NCBI RefSeq assembly: GCF_028641065.1
Contig: NC_073408.1
Location: 12,028,001-12,092,000 of the forward strand
Origin: Leucoraja erinacea
Taxonomy: Eukaryota
DNA: 64,000 nt
Direction: 5' to 3'
Shown: one piece after another, positions 62,761 to 64,000 of the stretch
Layout: every line of letters starts with the position of its first letter
Numbering within the stretch: position 1 is the stretch's first letter
Made by a program: the position numbers and the translations under genes
Notes under the pieces: generated by a model
Databases searched by the model: none
What the model was told of the DNA's origin: nothing
What the model saw: the letters and a program-made list of their open reading frames with translations, nothing else

Positions 62761-64000
62761 GAGATGTTCCTGACCTTATTTCTTGATACTTTTTCCTTCC
62801 ATCAAGATTAATGGGGCAGCAATTATCACACCAGCTCCTGAATCTTTTTTTCGTATGGGATCTCCAAGACTTCTTGCTTCCTTGCCGATTTCCGTGAGGA
62901 ATCCAGTCTTGGGTTCTCCACGTTTAAAAGCATACTCACACGGAAATCCGAGACTCGCTGGCACAGGAAGAAATGTGAATATTTTCTGCAAAATCCCAGT
63001 CTGTGCATTGTGCAAATATATTTATTTGTTATGCACCAAGTTCCTGGTCATTGCGCTGGTGAAATTGGGTGAGATTGACCTTTCTCTGCAGATGCCCGTT
63101 CACAAAGCAACAAATAAAATAGTATTTGATCCCACTTAAAACACTCTTCAATTTCAGACTCTCGGGAAGGCGAAGCGGTAATCTTTCCTATTTAAAAAGC
63201 ATAATTATTATTGATCTCTACATTGGAATAGAAAGGACAGTTTAGAGAAAGGAATGCATTGAAGAACCTCCCTTTAAAGCTAGTGAAAAGCAAACAAGCC
63301 ACAGCACTGTAGTAATCGTTCGTCTGGCATGTGGGATTGTTGAACAGGCTTACAATGGTCTTTTCTCAGTCTGAATGTGCCTCTTAACTGTGCATCAGAG
63401 ATGAAAGAGTTTATGTGTGGAAAGCAAGCAGCTGGAAATTGATTACACAGGGCCATTTATTATAACATTTCCACATCCACCAGGAAGACATGGAATCTCT
63501 TTCAAACGGAAGATTTAAAAAAAAGCCAATTTATAATGGGTCAGGGAGATACCATTTTTGCACCAATTTGTCCTATCAACTACTGCTGCAATGCAATAAG
63601 TGGCTGCCTTTTTTGACATTTGCTAATTGACTGCATTCCAACTGATGGATTGAGAACATTTTTTTTACTTTGGCGTTAATTGCTTATTTTTACTTAATGT
63701 ACTGCGAGAAATGGAGTGAAAGCAATCTTTTCACTTGCAGGGATGCTTGGATTCTGGATTTAGCTTTCAAATAATTAGGAAGTCCTTTCACTGTGATTGA
63801 ATGGGGGATTTGTTTACAGGGATAGAGACATCTTACTCCACTTATATAGGCCGTCATGAGAATGCGTCTGAAATACTATGCACAGGTCAGGTGTCCCTTC
63901 CTCAGGCAGGATGAATTCATTAAAAAAGAGGATGCAGTGAAGCATTATCAGATTGATTCGTGGAATTGTCTGTTTCATGTACAAGGAAATTAAATTAACA

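Noticed and set aside
62776-63139. Overlapping ORFs and a possible small minus-strand exon (TTTTGCAG ... GTGAGT, ~62941-62986)
   Set aside because: Splice-like motifs this short occur by chance, and no recognisable peptide or partner exons were found

Overview
This window is eukaryotic and almost entirely non-coding (intronic or intergenic). The repeat landscape points to a cartilaginous fish, probably a skate or ray (inference). It holds CR1 LINE fragments, tRNA-headed SINEs with CR1-type tails, Rex1/Babar- and L2-like LINE fragments, Penelope-like (PLE) fragments with GIY-YIG remnants and about 20 minimal hammerhead motifs, and several non-autonomous DNA transposons. No host protein-coding gene could be supported, and the recognisable ORFs are transposon remnants. 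The most striking signal is two unrelated tiny retroelements on the minus strand (17911-18084 and 47101-47244). Each is bounded by an ~11-bp target-site duplication, begins at a minimal P4-less HDV/CPEB3-like ribozyme fold and ends in a GAA-type tail. Also notable are hammerhead-bearing PLE units with 11-15 bp TSDs, and a TA-flanked composite DNA element carrying a tRNA-Met-like segment and a duplicated 122-nt hairpin. Repeat boundaries were read by eye and are approximate unless TIRs or TSDs are quoted.
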